Shown here in pieces: positions 18,579 through 29,212 of a stretch of DNA of 64,000 nucleotides. This DNA is from an uncultured bacterium (GTDB lineage Bacteria; Hydrothermota; UBA3072; B12-G15). The stretch is taken from positions 6,113 through 70,112 of the forward strand of contig CBFDSV010000003.1 of the NCBI GenBank assembly GCA_965612735.1. The letters run 5' to 3'. The stretch's first letter is position 1. Each line of letters begins with the position of its first letter. Made by a program: the position numbers and the translations under genes. Below the pieces are notes generated by a model that worked only from the letters and a program-made list of their open reading frames with translations, did no database searches and was not told the DNA's origin.

Positions 18579-20170
18579 TTACAGATGAACATCTAAAGAT
18601 TATCAATTTTAATCAGGCTATACTAAGAATTACAGGTTTTTCTCCTGATGAATTGATGGGGAAAAATATAAAAGAGATACTACCTTACTTTAAGAAGGTT
18701 GAGAACAAGGTTATTCCTGCTGTTGAGACAGAGATGAAGACCTGGGAAGGAATGACAATCAAGGTTCTTGTTTCTGTGAATCCTGTTAAATCACCAGAAG
18801 GGAAAACAAATCAACACCTTTTTGTTATCAGGAATATTTTTGAGTACCTTTTTCTCCTGAAGCAACTCGTACAGGAAAGAAATTTCAAGGAGGCAATCCT
18901 TGAATCCATACTTGATGGTGTATTCACTATTGATAGTCAATTCAGGATAACTTCTTTTAACAAAGCAGCGGAAAATATCACAGGGTATAAAAAAGAAGAG
19001 GTTCTTGGCAAAAACTGCAGTGAGGTGATGAAGTCACCGGATGCAGATGCCTGCCCACTGAAAAAAACACTTGAGACAGGAGAGAATGTTTCAAATTATG
19101 AGATGGAAATTATAACAAAGAATGGGAAAAGAATCCCTGTATCTGTGAATACTGCAATTCTCTACGATGAAAAGGGTGAGGTGATAGGAGGTGTGGAAAC
19201 ATTCAGGGATATGTCCGAGATTGTGAGACTGAGGAACGAAGTAAGGCACAGATTTTCCTTCGGAAACATTATAGGGAAGTCTGATTGTATGCAGATCATC
19301 TATGACAAACTTGAGGTTATTTCTGTAACGGACTCAAATGTACTTATTGAAGGGGAAACAGGAACTGGTAAGGATTTGATTGCAAGAACAATCCACTACA
19401 ATTCAATGAGAAAGGATAAGCCCTTTGTGAAGATAAACTGTGCTGCAATCCCTGAGAATCTCCTTGAGAGTGAACTCTTTGGTTATAAGAAGGGCGCATT
19501 TACAGGTGCTGTGATGGATAAGATGGGGAAGTTTGAGGCTGCAGATGGTGGAACCATCTTCCTTGATGAGATAGGGGATATGCCACTCTCACTCCAGGCA
19601 AAAATATTGAGGGTGATAGAGGAGAGGGAGTTTGAGAGGCTTGGAGAGGTTGAGACAAGGAAGGTGGATGTGAGGGTGATTGCTGCTACAAACAGACCCC
19701 TTAAAGAACTTGTGGAACAGGGGAAATTCCGAATGGACCTTTATTACAGGTTGAATGTTGTGAGGATAAGGCTTCCTGCTTTGAGGGAAAGGGCAGAGGA
19801 TATACCACTTCTCCTTGACCACTTTATTGAGGTTTTTAATAAAAAATTCAACAAAAAGGTCAAAGGTGTTGAACAGAGGGTTATGGATTTTCTCCTTGAC
19901 TACTCCTGGCCAGGAAATGTAAGGGAACTTGAGAATGTGATTGAACATGCCATGATACATGCCAGGGGAGATTTGATAAGGTTTGATAATCTGCCTGATT
20001 ACCTGTTTGAAGAAGGGGAATCTGGTGCAGTCAGTCTGGTGGATGTTGAAAGGGAGCACATACTCAGGGTATTGAAAAGTGTAAACAATAACAAGACCAG
20101 GGCAAGCAAGATACTTGGTATATCTCGCTCCACACTCTGGAGAAAACTCAAAGAACTGAACATAGAATAA
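18536..20170 (+). CDS. Sigma-54-dependent transcriptional activator (2x PAS, AAA+ sigma-54 interaction domain, Fis-type HTH)
   Basis: GETGTGKDLIAR, ESELFGYKKGAFTGA and a C-terminal HTH (TRASKILGISRSTLWRKLK). Confidence 0.85.
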   Translation: MEWNPVNALADGIIITDEHLKIINFNQAILRITGFSPDELMGKNIKEILPYFKKVENKVIPAVETEMKTWEGMTIKVLVSVNPVKSPEGKTNQHLFVIRNIFEYLFLLKQLVQERNFKEAILESILDGVFTIDSQFRITSFNKAAENITGYKKEEVLGKNCSEVMKSPDADACPLKKTLETGENVSNYEMEIITKNGKRIPVSVNTAILYDEKGEVIGGVETFRDMSEIVRLRNEVRHRFSFGNIIGKSDCMQIIYDKLEVISVTDSNVLIEGETGTGKDLIARTIHYNSMRKDKPFVKINCAAIPENLLESELFGYKKGAFTGAVMDKMGKFEAADGGTIFLDEIGDMPLSLQAKILRVIEEREFERLGEVETRKVDVRVIAATNRPLKELVEQGKFRMDLYYRLNVVRIRLPALRERAEDIPLLLDHFIEVFNKKFNKKVKGVEQRVMDFLLDYSWPGNVRELENVIEHAMIHARGDLIRFDNLPDYLFEEGESGAVSLVDVEREHILRVLKSVNNNKTRASKILGISRSTLWRKLKELNIE

Positions 20171-20172
20171 GC

Positions 20173-21012
20173 GTGTCAGAAAGAAGGGGCATCAGAAGCG
20201 ACATCATACTTCTCACTGCCTCAATCATATGGGGGTTTGCCTTTGCCTTTCAGAAAAAAGGAATGGATTTTATTGGTCCATTTCTCTTCACAGGTTTACG
20301 ATTCCTTCTTGGAAGTCTGGTTGTTTTACCTTTTTTATTCAGAAAAGGAGAACAGGGTGGTTTTAAAGAGTCAATAATACTGGGTTTTCTACTCTTTGCA
20401 GGTGTCTCTCTCCAGCAGGTGGGCATTGTTTATACAACCGCCGGGAAGGCAGGGTTTATAACAGGGCTCTATGTTGTTTTTGTCCCAGTAGCAGGGTATT
20501 TAATGGGTATAAGAACCAGAAGGTTTACCTGGATTGGTGCCGGGCTTGCAATTGTAGGTCTATACCTCTTGAGTATCAGGGGAAGATTTTATCCTGAAAA
20601 GGGTGACCTTCTTGTACTCCTTGGTGCAGTTTTCTGGACCTTTCACGTAATCTACATATCAAAGTTTACAAAAGGGAAAGACCCCTTGAAACTCGCATTC
20701 GGTCAATTCCTTGTTTGTGGTATTCTTGGAATGGGTGTGGCATTTGTCCTTGAGGATATCTCAATGAGTGGAGTGTTTAACACAGGCATCCCTTTACTCT
20801 ATGCAGGTGTTTTGTCATCAGGTATTGCATACACATTACAGGTTGTTGGACAGAAAAGGGCACATCCATCCCATGCTGCTGTGATTTTGAGCCTTGAATC
20901 CCTGTTTGCTGCTATTGGTGGCTTTTTACTCCTCCACGAAGTCATGACCCCCAGAGAAATTCTGGGTGCAGCACTGATGCTCACAGGTATGATGATCTCC
21001 CATTTTTCATAA
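20173..21012 (+). CDS. DMT/EamA-family transporter
   Basis: Ten-TM profile with a duplicated EamA-like pattern. GTG start. Confidence 0.65.
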   Translation: MSERRGIRSDIILLTASIIWGFAFAFQKKGMDFIGPFLFTGLRFLLGSLVVLPFLFRKGEQGGFKESIILGFLLFAGVSLQQVGIVYTTAGKAGFITGLYVVFVPVAGYLMGIRTRRFTWIGAGLAIVGLYLLSIRGRFYPEKGDLLVLLGAVFWTFHVIYISKFTKGKDPLKLAFGQFLVCGILGMGVAFVLEDISMSGVFNTGIPLLYAGVLSSGIAYTLQVVGQKRAHPSHAAVILSLESLFAAIGGFLLLHEVMTPREILGAALMLTGMMISHFS

Positions 21013-21054
21013 CCTTATATTTCTCCTTGCATATGATTGGATTGAATGTAAAAT

Positions 21055-23244
21055 ATGGTTGGTATGGGTAAACTCCTTATTGTGTCCAACAGGCTTCCCC
21101 TTAGTGTTGAGAAGAAAAGGGGAAAGTTATACTTCCATCCGAGTATAGGAGGTCTTGCCACAGGGCTTTCATCCTTCTACAGGGAAAAGAAGGCACTATG
21201 GATTGGATGGCCTGGTGTCTCAACAGATAAGATTTCTGTTGAAGAAAAGGTGGAGATTGAAGAGAGGCTTTTCACTGATAATTGCCTCCCTGTATTTCTT
21301 ACATCCAAGGAGGTGGAAAGGTACTATGCAGGATTTTCAAACAGGACCATCTGGCCATTGTTCCATTATTTTTATCAGTATGCCCAGTTCAGGAAGGAGT
21401 ATTTTGAGGTATACAGATTGGTGAATGAAAAATTCTGTGATGTTATCACAGGGGTTGCAAAACCTGATGATACAATCTGGATTCACGATTACCAGTTGAT
21501 GCTTCTTCCTGGTCTTCTCAGAAAGAAGTTACCTTCAGCAACCATAGGGTTTTTCCTCCACATCCCATTCCCCTCCTTTGAGGTTTTCAGACTCCTTCCT
21601 TGGAGAAGGGAGATACTTGAGGGGTTGCTGGGTGCTGACCTTGTGGGATTCCACACATTTGGATATGCAAGGCACTTTCTATCCAGTGTTTTAAGGATTA
21701 TGGGATACGACAATACCCTTGGAAGAATAAATCTGAAAAACAGGGTGGTTCTTGTTGATGTTTTCCCCATGGGAATTGATTTTGACAGATTCAACAAAGT
21801 CGGTGAGAATAAAGAGGTACAATCAGAGGTTGAAAAGATAAAAAGCAATCTGAAGGCGGAAAAAATCATTATCTCAATAGATAGGCTGGACTATACAAAG
21901 GGAATTATAGAGCGACTTGAGGCATTTGACGATTTTCTGAAAAGGTTCAAGGAATACAGGGAAAGGGTCTCCATGATTTTGATAACTGCACCATCAAGGT
22001 CAGGGCTTGAGCATTACCAGTATCTTGAAAAGAGGGTGAATGAACTTGTTGGTAGCATCAATGGAAGGCATGGAAGGGTTGGATGGATGCCTGTGTGGTA
22101 TATACACAGGTCAATCCCGTTTGAATCAATTGTTGCACTCTACCTTGTTGCAGATGTTGCACTTGTGACACCATTAAGGGATGGTATGAACCTTATTGCC
22201 AAGGAATTTGTTGCATCAAAAAAGGATAAAAGGGGTGTGCTCGTCCTGAGTGAGATGGCAGGTGCAGCTATGGAACTTGGGGAGTCCATAATCGTGAATC
22301 CTAATAGCAGAGAGGAGATGGTCTCAGCAATCAAGCAGGCACTTGAGATGTCACTGGATGAACAGGTTGAAAGAATGGCAAGGATGCAGGAGAGATTGAA
22401 GAGATACAACATTATCCACTGGGCAGAGGACTTTACAAAGAAACTTGAAGAGGCAAGGAACATAAACACAGAACTCCGCTCGCGCAGATTAACAAAGGAT
22501 ATTGAAAAGAAACTTATTGAAGATTTCACTTCAGGGGAAAAGAGGCTTCTTCTCCTTGATTATGATGGAACACTTGTTCCCTTCAATGTGAGGCCTGAGA
22601 GGGCAGGTCCTGACAGGGAACTCCTCTCAATTATTGATTCACTGACATCAATCAATGGGGTATGCCTTGTGATTTCAAGTGGAAGGGACAGACAGACCCT
22701 TGATAGATGGTTTGGCAGGTTCAACATTGGTATAATTGCTGAACATGGGGTATGGATAAAAAAATCAAGGGATACCTGGAAGGAGTTTATACCCTTGAGC
22801 CAGGATTGGAAAAAGGAAATAATACCTGTACTTGAGATGTTCACAGATAGAACACCTGGCTCATTCATTGAAGAGAAGGAGTTCTCCCTTGTATGGCACT
22901 ACAGGGGTGCTGAACCTGGACTTGCTGATGTGAGGGCGAATGAACTCAAGGAGGAACTTATAACACTTATATCAAATCTTGAACTTGAGGTTCTGGAGGG
23001 AAATAAGGTTATAGAAATAAAGAGTGCAGGTATTGACAAGGGAAAGGCTTCCCTTCTATGGGTGGAGGAGGGATGGGATTTTATACTTGCAGCAGGGGAT
23101 GATAATACTGACGAGGATATATTTGCTGTTCTGCCAGAAACAGCTTATACAATCAAGGTGGGGCATGGACTTTCAAAGGCGAGGTTCAGGGTGAATTCCT
23201 ATCTGGAGATAAGGGGGATTTTGAGGAAAATCAAGGAGGTGTAA
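21055..23244 (+). CDS. otsA: Bifunctional trehalose-6-phosphate synthase / trehalose-6-phosphate phosphatase (OtsA-OtsB fusion)
   Basis: N-terminal GT20 motifs (LLIVSNRLP, IWIHDYQLMLLP). C-terminal HAD motif LLLDYDGTLVPF. Confidence 0.85.
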   Translation: MVGMGKLLIVSNRLPLSVEKKRGKLYFHPSIGGLATGLSSFYREKKALWIGWPGVSTDKISVEEKVEIEERLFTDNCLPVFLTSKEVERYYAGFSNRTIWPLFHYFYQYAQFRKEYFEVYRLVNEKFCDVITGVAKPDDTIWIHDYQLMLLPGLLRKKLPSATIGFFLHIPFPSFEVFRLLPWRREILEGLLGADLVGFHTFGYARHFLSSVLRIMGYDNTLGRINLKNRVVLVDVFPMGIDFDRFNKVGENKEVQSEVEKIKSNLKAEKIIISIDRLDYTKGIIERLEAFDDFLKRFKEYRERVSMILITAPSRSGLEHYQYLEKRVNELVGSINGRHGRVGWMPVWYIHRSIPFESIVALYLVADVALVTPLRDGMNLIAKEFVASKKDKRGVLVLSEMAGAAMELGESIIVNPNSREEMVSAIKQALEMSLDEQVERMARMQERLKRYNIIHWAEDFTKKLEEARNINTELRSRRLTKDIEKKLIEDFTSGEKRLLLLDYDGTLVPFNVRPERAGPDRELLSIIDSLTSINGVCLVISSGRDRQTLDRWFGRFNIGIIAEHGVWIKKSRDTWKEFIPLSQDWKKEIIPVLEMFTDRTPGSFIEEKEFSLVWHYRGAEPGLADVRANELKEELITLISNLELEVLEGNKVIEIKSAGIDKGKASLLWVEEGWDFILAAGDDNTDEDIFAVLPETAYTIKVGHGLSKARFRVNSYLEIRGILRKIKEV

Positions 23245-23278
23245 GGTTTATTGCCTATTTTGAATATTCTGTTTTTCA

Positions 23279-23307
23279 TTGACATTTGTTTAATTTTCAT
23301 TTATAAT
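23279..23307 (+). promoter_or_regulatory. Consensus sigma-70 promoter: TTGACA-N17-TATAAT
   Basis: Exact consensus hexamers with a 17-nt spacer, 30 nt upstream of the OMP gene. Confidence 0.7.
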
Positions 23308-23338
23308 CTTTCCACAACATCTAAAAAAGGAGGTGTTT

Positions 23339-23797
23339 ATGAAGAAGTTTCTTGTCCTTATTCTGCTTGTTCTTCCACTTCTGGCGTTCTCCCAGATTGA
23401 AGCAGGAAAACTGAATGTTGGTGTATCAGGAAGTATAATGATTAAACCAGACTTTCATATGAGTCTTGGTGGCCACTTTGGTAAGATGTTCACAGACAAC
23501 ATTGAATTTGGTATCAATGGTTCATTCTACACTGGTGGTGGAAGCACTGGTTTCAGTGCAGGTGTCCTTGCCTACTACCATATGATGCTTGCAGAAGGGA
23601 TTTTTGGTTTTGCTGGTGTTGAGGTTATGTTCCCGATACAGCCTACATTCTCCAATAATGAGAGTTTTAACCTTGGATTTGACTACTTTGTTGGAGATAA
23701 TGTTGCTTTAAGGCTCTACAATCAACTTTACATATCTGAATTTGACTTTGGGAACTTCTACGACTATATAAATATTGGAACAGTTGCCTATTTCTAA
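23339..23797 (+). CDS. Small outer-membrane beta-barrel protein (OmpW/OmpA-like barrel family)
   Basis: Signal peptide, alternating hydrophobic strands and terminal F. A paralog lies at 39209-39664. Confidence 0.55.
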   Translation: MKKFLVLILLVLPLLAFSQIEAGKLNVGVSGSIMIKPDFHMSLGGHFGKMFTDNIEFGINGSFYTGGGSTGFSAGVLAYYHMMLAEGIFGFAGVEVMFPIQPTFSNNESFNLGFDYFVGDNVALRLYNQLYISEFDFGNFYDYINIGTVAYF

Positions 23798-23814
23798 AAC
23801 ATAAACCATTCATG

Positions 23815-23838
23815 AAGGGGGCTTGTCCCCCTTTTTTA
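23815..23838 (+). terminator. Rho-independent terminator (GGGGGCTTGTCCCCC followed by T6)
   Basis: GC hairpin plus TTTTTT after the OMP stop. Confidence 0.8.
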
Positions 23839-23882
23839 ATTAAGACAAAACCCTTCTTCCAGTAACCCCATTGGTTCAAACA

Positions 23883-23911
23883 TTGACAACCCCACGGGTA
23901 AAAGTTATTAT
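23883..23911 (+). promoter_or_regulatory. Sigma-70-like promoter for tRNA-Leu (TTGACA-N17-TATTAT)
   Basis: Perfect -35 hexamer, 17-nt spacer and a near-consensus -10, 8 nt before the tRNA 5' end. Confidence 0.6.
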
Positions 23912-23919
23912 TAGTGCAG

Positions 23920-24002
23920 GCGAGAGTGGCGGAACTGGTATACGCGCTGGATTTAGGATCCAGTGCCCATAGGGCTTGGGGGTTCGAATCCCCCCTCTCG
24001 CA
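23920..24002 (+). tRNA. tRNA-Leu (anticodon UAG), class II with long variable arm
   Basis: Acceptor GCGAGAG/CTCTCGC. Anticodon stem-loop CTGGA-TTTAGGA-TCCAG. T arm GGGGG-TTCGAAT-CCCCC. Discriminator A, with no encoded CCA. Closely parallels E. coli tRNA-Leu. Confidence 0.85.
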
Positions 24003-24021
24003 GAGAATACAGGAAGGAAGG

Positions 24022-25140
24022 ATGGTTATGGCTGAATACACACTTGAGGTAAAGAAAGAAGAACTTGACAAGAAGATTAAAGAACTTGCAGAAAAGTATA
24101 GAAAGGATGTCATGATTCCTGGTTTCAGGAAGGGCAGGGCACCTGTTGAACTGATTAAGGTCAGATTCAGCAGAGAACTTGAGGCAGAGGGCTTTCAGGA
24201 GATTGCAGGTGCAAAACTTGAAGAAATCCTTGAGAAGCATAGACCATTCATTTATGCAGGACCTGATGTGCTTGATGTAAAAAAGGACGAAGAAAAGGGA
24301 AACATAACCCTGAAGGTTGGGCTTGAAGTGCCTCCGGAGATTGGAAAGATTGATTATAAGAAACTATCCAGGGAACTTCCCGGTGGTGAAGTTACAGAGA
24401 AGGATATTGAAAAGGAACTTGAGAAACTCAGGGAGATAAATGCCGAACTTAAACCGGTGAAGAGAAAGATTAAGAAGGGTGATAGTGTTCTTGTAGATAT
24501 TGAGATGGGTGATGTGAAGATGACCAATTATTCACTTGACATAGGGAATGACACACTCTCAAGGTTTATAAAGGGAATGAAGGCAGGTGAGGAGAAGAAG
24601 AAAGAGATAGAGTTCCCCGAGAAATTCTCAATACCCGAACTTGCAGGTAAGAAAGGCGAAATCAAGGTTAAGGTGCTTGATGTGAAGGAGAAGGTATTAC
24701 CAGAGATAGATGATGAGTTCGCAAAAAATATGGGGTTTGAAAACCTTGATGACATGAAGAATGAAATCAGGGCACAACTGGAAGAGGACTTAAAGGAGAA
24801 TCTTGAGAAGAAGATAAGGGAGAAGATTCTGGATAATCTAATTGAACAGTTTGACATTGAACCACCAGAAAGCCTGGTGAGGTCTCTATCTGTGAATATG
24901 ACAAGGGCAGATGCAGAGAAGGAGGCAAAGAGGATTGCAATCCTTGATGCCATCGCATTGAAGGAGAAGATTGAAATCACAGATGAGGATATTGACAGGA
25001 AACTTAATGAGGTGGCTGAAGGAAAGATTGATGAAGAAAAACTTCCCGGATACAGGGACAATTTAAGGCCGGTGTTAATCAGAGAGAAGACCATTGAATT
25101 TCTTATAAAAAAAGTGAGGGGTGAAGATGGAGATAATTGA
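24022..25140 (+). CDS. tig: Trigger factor
   Basis: [13 protein letters not shown] ribosome-binding signature. RBS AGGAAGGA precedes the ATG at 24022. The ORF-track start at 23914 runs through the tRNA and is rejected. Confidence 0.85.
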   Translation: MVMAEYTLEVKKEELDKKIKELAEKYRKDVMIPGFRKGRAPVELIKVRFSRELEAEGFQEIAGAKLEEILEKHRPFIYAGPDVLDVKKDEEKGNITLKVGLEVPPEIGKIDYKKLSRELPGGEVTEKDIEKELEKLREINAELKPVKRKIKKGDSVLVDIEMGDVKMTNYSLDIGNDTLSRFIKGMKAGEEKKKEIEFPEKFSIPELAGKKGEIKVKVLDVKEKVLPEIDDEFAKNMGFENLDDMKNEIRAQLEEDLKENLEKKIREKILDNLIEQFDIEPPESLVRSLSVNMTRADAEKEAKRIAILDAIALKEKIEITDEDIDRKLNEVAEGKIDEEKLPGYRDNLRPVLIREKTIEFLIKKVRGEDGDN

Positions 25141-25741
25141 ACAGATACCGTTTGTGATTGAGAAGACTGCCCATGGAGAAAGGGCATACGACATATATTC
25201 AAGGCTTCTTAAGGACAGAATAATATTTCTGGGTTCACTTTTGAATGAGCAGGTTGCCAATGTGATTATAGCACAACTTCTCTTCCTTGAGGCACAGGAC
25301 CCTGACAGGGACATTTACCTTTACATAAACAGTCCTGGTGGTCTGGTGAGTGCAGGACTTGCCATATATGATACAATCCAGTACATAAAACCCGATGTTT
25401 CAACCATATGTATGGGTGTTGCAGCAAGCATGGCAGCGGTTCTACTTGCAGCAGGTGCACCTGGTAAGAGGTATGCCCTTCCCCATTCAAGGGTTCTGCT
25501 CCATCAACCAATGGGAGGTGCACAGGGAACTGCAGAGGATATAAAAATACATGCAGAGGAGATTTTAAAGATAAGAAAGATAATCAATGAGATACTGTCA
25601 CACCATACAAACCAGCCCCTGAAGAGGATTGAGAAGGATACTGACAGGGATTTCTGGATGTCAGCACCTGAAGCAAAGGAATATGGAATTGTTGATGAGG
25701 TGATTGCAAAGAGAGGGGAGATGAATGCCAAAGCAGATTAG
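25121..25741 (+). CDS. clpP: ATP-dependent Clp protease proteolytic subunit
   Basis: [19 protein letters not shown]...INSPGG...[12 protein letters not shown]. Confidence 0.95.
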   Translation: MKMEIIEQIPFVIEKTAHGERAYDIYSRLLKDRIIFLGSLLNEQVANVIIAQLLFLEAQDPDRDIYLYINSPGGLVSAGLAIYDTIQYIKPDVSTICMGVAASMAAVLLAAGAPGKRYALPHSRVLLHQPMGGAQGTAEDIKIHAEEILKIRKIINEILSHHTNQPLKRIEKDTDRDFWMSAPEAKEYGIVDEVIAKRGEMNAKAD

Positions 25742-26954
25742 ATGTTCCTTCTGTGGTAAATCATACAGAGAAACAGGAAGGATGTTCCATGGTATTGGGG
25801 ATGCATATATATGCCCTGATTGTGTGGAGTTGCTCCATGAGATTCTGGTGATTGAACCTGGTGCAAGGAAAAAGGGGAAGATAAAACTTCAAACTCCACA
25901 GGAGATAAAGAAAGAACTTGATAAATACATTATAGGTCAGGAGCATGCAAAGAAGGTTCTCTCTGTTGCAGTTTACAACCACTATAAAAGGATACTTAAC
26001 AAGACTAAAAGCGATGTGGATATAGAGAAGAGCAACATACTTTTGATTGGCCCAACAGGGGTTGGGAAAACATACCTTGTCCAGACACTTTCAAAGATAC
26101 TGAATGTTCCACTTGCAATAGGTGATGCAACCGCCCTTACAGAGGCAGGTTATGTGGGTGAGGATGTTGAGAATCTCCTTGTGAGGCTGCTGCAGGCATG
26201 CAACTATGATCTGGGTATGGCAGAGATGGGAATTGTTTATATAGACGAGATTGACAAGATTTCAAGAAAATCAGAGAATCCTTCCATTACAAGGGATGTT
26301 TCAGGTGAAGGTGTTCAGCAGGCACTCCTTAAAATTGTTGAAGGTGATAAGGTGAATGTACCTCCAAAGGGTGGAAGGAAACACCCTGAACAGGACTTCA
26401 TACAGGTTAACACAAAGAATATCCTCTTCATTGGTGGAGGAACATTTGATGGTATAGAGAGTGTTGTGAAACACAGGCTTGGAGAGACTGCTGTGGGTTT
26501 CAATGCACCAATTAAAGCACAGGAAGAAATGAGGAAGTATGAACTTTTGAAGTTGGTTGAACCTGAAGATCTGGTAAAGTATGGAATGATACCAGAACTT
26601 GTTGGAAGATTTCCTGTTATCACCCCACTCCATGACCTGACTGAGGACGACCTTGTAAAAATACTCACAGAACCAAAGAATGCACTTGTGAAGCAGTATC
26701 AGGAACTTATAAAAATGGATGGGGTGAAACTCTATTTTGAGGATGATGCACTCTATGCAATAGCAAAGAAGGCAATGAAATTGAAAACAGGTGCAAGGGG
26801 TTTGAGGGGTGCAATGGAGGATATTATGCTTGATATTATGTACAGGATACCCGGACTTAAAGGGGTTAAGGAATGTATTATAACAAAGTCTGTTGTTGAA
26901 AACAATGAAGAACCCATTTTTGTTTACAGAAAAACAAAAAGAAAGGCAGAATGA
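25725..26954 (+). CDS. clpX: ATP-dependent Clp protease ATP-binding subunit ClpX
   Basis: Zn-finger CSFCGK...CPDCV. Walker A GPTGVGKT. Walker [10 protein letters not shown]. Confidence 0.95.
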   Translation: MPKQIRCSFCGKSYRETGRMFHGIGDAYICPDCVELLHEILVIEPGARKKGKIKLQTPQEIKKELDKYIIGQEHAKKVLSVAVYNHYKRILNKTKSDVDIEKSNILLIGPTGVGKTYLVQTLSKILNVPLAIGDATALTEAGYVGEDVENLLVRLLQACNYDLGMAEMGIVYIDEIDKISRKSENPSITRDVSGEGVQQALLKIVEGDKVNVPPKGGRKHPEQDFIQVNTKNILFIGGGTFDGIESVVKHRLGETAVGFNAPIKAQEEMRKYELLKLVEPEDLVKYGMIPELVGRFPVITPLHDLTEDDLVKILTEPKNALVKQYQELIKMDGVKLYFEDDALYAIAKKAMKLKTGARGLRGAMEDIMLDIMYRIPGLKGVKECIITKSVVENNEEPIFVYRKTKRKAE

Positions 26955-29212
26955 ACAGGTTTCCAGTCTTATATATTGAGGAAGAGGTTCTTTTCCCATT
27001 AAGTTCCATTCCCTATATTGTGAGCAATGGGCATGAACTTATCACCATTGAAAGAGCAATGGATAAGTTTAAGGGTAAGGTGGTTGTCCTTCCATCAGGT
27101 ATTTCAAATCTGGAAAGGAAATTCTGTACAATAGCAGAGGTTGTTTCACTGAATGAGACTGCAAGGGGCATAAGGATTGTTCTCCAGGGAGAGGATAGGT
27201 GCAGGATTAAATCATTAAGGGATACTGGTGGAATACCTATGGTAGATGTTGAGATTGTTTTTGAGGAAATAGAGAATTACAGGAAGGCACACGCACTCAT
27301 AAGGGCAATAAAGAGGCTTCTTGTGGAGTTTACAGACCTATCAGATGGGGAAAGTGCGCCAGGTATTGAGTCACTTATTCAGGAGAATGACCCTGTAATC
27401 TTTTTGTACAGAACCCTTTCAGCAATTCCACTGAACAACAATGTTAAATGGCATATATATCAACTGGAAGGTATTGAGACAAAACTGGATAAAATACTTG
27501 AGGCAATATCAACAGACCTTGAGGTTGCAAGGCTTGAGAAGGAGATACTTGACAAGGTTAAGGATAGACTGTCAAAGAATCAGAAGCAGTACCTGCTCCA
27601 TGAACAGTTGAAGGTAATACAGAAGGAACTGGGAAGGGAGGAGGATGAGGATATCCAGAAGTTGAAGGATACGATAGAAAAGTCTAATATGCCAGAGGAG
27701 GCAAGGGAGAAGGCGCTCTCTGAACTGGAAAGGCTCAAAAAAATCCCACCCATGTCCCCTGAGAGTGTTGTTATCAGGAATTACCTTGACTGGCTCCTTA
27801 AACTACCATGGAACAATGGAAAACAGGAAGAGATGGATATAAAGAAGGTTCAGGAGGTGCTTGAGAAGAACCACTACGGTCTGGAGAAGGTGAAGGAGAC
27901 CATCATTGAGTACCTGAGTGTTTTGAAACTCACAGGTTCTTCAAAAGGTCACATCCTTTGTTTTGTGGGACCACCAGGTGTTGGTAAGACATCCCTTGGA
28001 AGGTCTATTGCAGAGGCACTTGGGAGGAAGTTTGTCAGGGCATCACTTGGGGGTGTGAAGGATGAGGCTGAGATAAGGGGGCATAGAAGGACCTATGTTG
28101 GGTCTATGCCTGGAAAGATTATACAGGAGATTGCAAGGGCAGGTGTGAACAACCCTGTCTTCCTTCTTGATGAGGTGGATAAGATAGGTGTTGATTACAG
28201 GGGGGACCCTGCAAGTGCACTCCTTGAGGTGCTTGACCCAGAGGTGAACCAATCATTTATGGACCACTACATTGAGATTGGTTATGACCTCTCCCATGTT
28301 CTCTTCATCACCACTGCCAATGTTACTTATTCAATCCCGCCCCCACTCCTTGATAGAATGGAGATAATCAACCTTCCAGGCTACCTTGAGTTTGAAAAAA
28401 TTGAGATTGCAAAGAGGCATCTCATCCCAAAAATAATTGAGGATACAGGTTTAAGGCAGAGGGATTTCAGGGTTTCTGATGGGGTTATAAAGAAGATAAT
28501 AAAGGAGTACACACAGGAGGCAGGTGTCAGGAACCTTGAAAGGTCCCTGAGAAAGATAGCAAGGAAGATAGCAAGAGAGAAGGCATTTGGTTCCAGAAGA
28601 ATACCCAGAATAACCACTAAAAATATAGAGGATTTTCTGGGTGTGCCAAAATTCAAGGGTTTCAAGAAGAAACAGGGAGTTGGTGTTGCCACAGGGCTTG
28701 CATGGACACCTGTGGGAGGAGAAGTTATACAGGTGGAAACAAGGGTGATGGATGGTGAGGGTAATCTTATACTCACGGGACAGATGGGCGATGTGATGAA
28801 GGAGTCTGCAATGGCTGCATTGAGTGTTATAAGGAGCAATTACAAAAGATATGGACTGAACAGGGATTTTTATAGAAAACTGGATGTTCATGTTCATATA
28901 CCTGAGGGTGCTGTTCCAAAGGATGGTCCATCAGCAGGTGTAACCATTTTCTCATCAATACTCAGTGCACTCACAAAGAAACAGACAAGAGGGGATGTTG
29001 CAATGACAGGTGAAATCACATTGAGTGGCAGGGTCCTCGGGGTTGGTGGGCTCACTGCAAAACTAATGGCTGCAAGGAGTGCAGGAATAAAAAAGGTCAT
29101 TCTTCCTATTGATAATGAAAGGGATATAAAAGAGGTTCCAGAGGCTGTAAAGGCAGGGCTCAATCTGATATTTGTAAAAAACACAGAGGATGTAGTGGAG
29201 AATGCCTTCTAA
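26951..29212 (+). CDS. lon: ATP-dependent protease Lon
   Basis: GPPGVGKTS Walker A. C-terminal PKDGPSAG(V) catalytic Ser motif. Confidence 0.95.
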   Translation: MNRFPVLYIEEEVLFPLSSIPYIVSNGHELITIERAMDKFKGKVVVLPSGISNLERKFCTIAEVVSLNETARGIRIVLQGEDRCRIKSLRDTGGIPMVDVEIVFEEIENYRKAHALIRAIKRLLVEFTDLSDGESAPGIESLIQENDPVIFLYRTLSAIPLNNNVKWHIYQLEGIETKLDKILEAISTDLEVARLEKEILDKVKDRLSKNQKQYLLHEQLKVIQKELGREEDEDIQKLKDTIEKSNMPEEAREKALSELERLKKIPPMSPESVVIRNYLDWLLKLPWNNGKQEEMDIKKVQEVLEKNHYGLEKVKETIIEYLSVLKLTGSSKGHILCFVGPPGVGKTSLGRSIAEALGRKFVRASLGGVKDEAEIRGHRRTYVGSMPGKIIQEIARAGVNNPVFLLDEVDKIGVDYRGDPASALLEVLDPEVNQSFMDHYIEIGYDLSHVLFITTANVTYSIPPPLLDRMEIINLPGYLEFEKIEIAKRHLIPKIIEDTGLRQRDFRVSDGVIKKIIKEYTQEAGVRNLERSLRKIARKIAREKAFGSRRIPRITTKNIEDFLGVPKFKGFKKKQGVGVATGLAWTPVGGEVIQVETRVMDGEGNLILTGQMGDVMKESAMAALSVIRSNYKRYGLNRDFYRKLDVHVHIPEGAVPKDGPSAGVTIFSSILSALTKKQTRGDVAMTGEITLSGRVLGVGGLTAKLMAARSAGIKKVILPIDNERDIKEVPEAVKAGLNLIFVKNTEDVVENAF

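Noticed and set aside
23914-24021. N-terminal extension of trigger factor (ORF start 23914) through the tRNA-Leu gene
   Set aside because: The extension would encode the tRNA sequence as protein. A proper RBS precedes the ATG at 24022, and the TF ribosome-binding motif is correctly positioned from that start.
24528-25202. 224-aa minus-strand ORF antisense to tig/clpP
   Set aside because: Its translation is extremely Ser/Phe/Ile-rich and low-complexity. It is antisense to two universally conserved genes.
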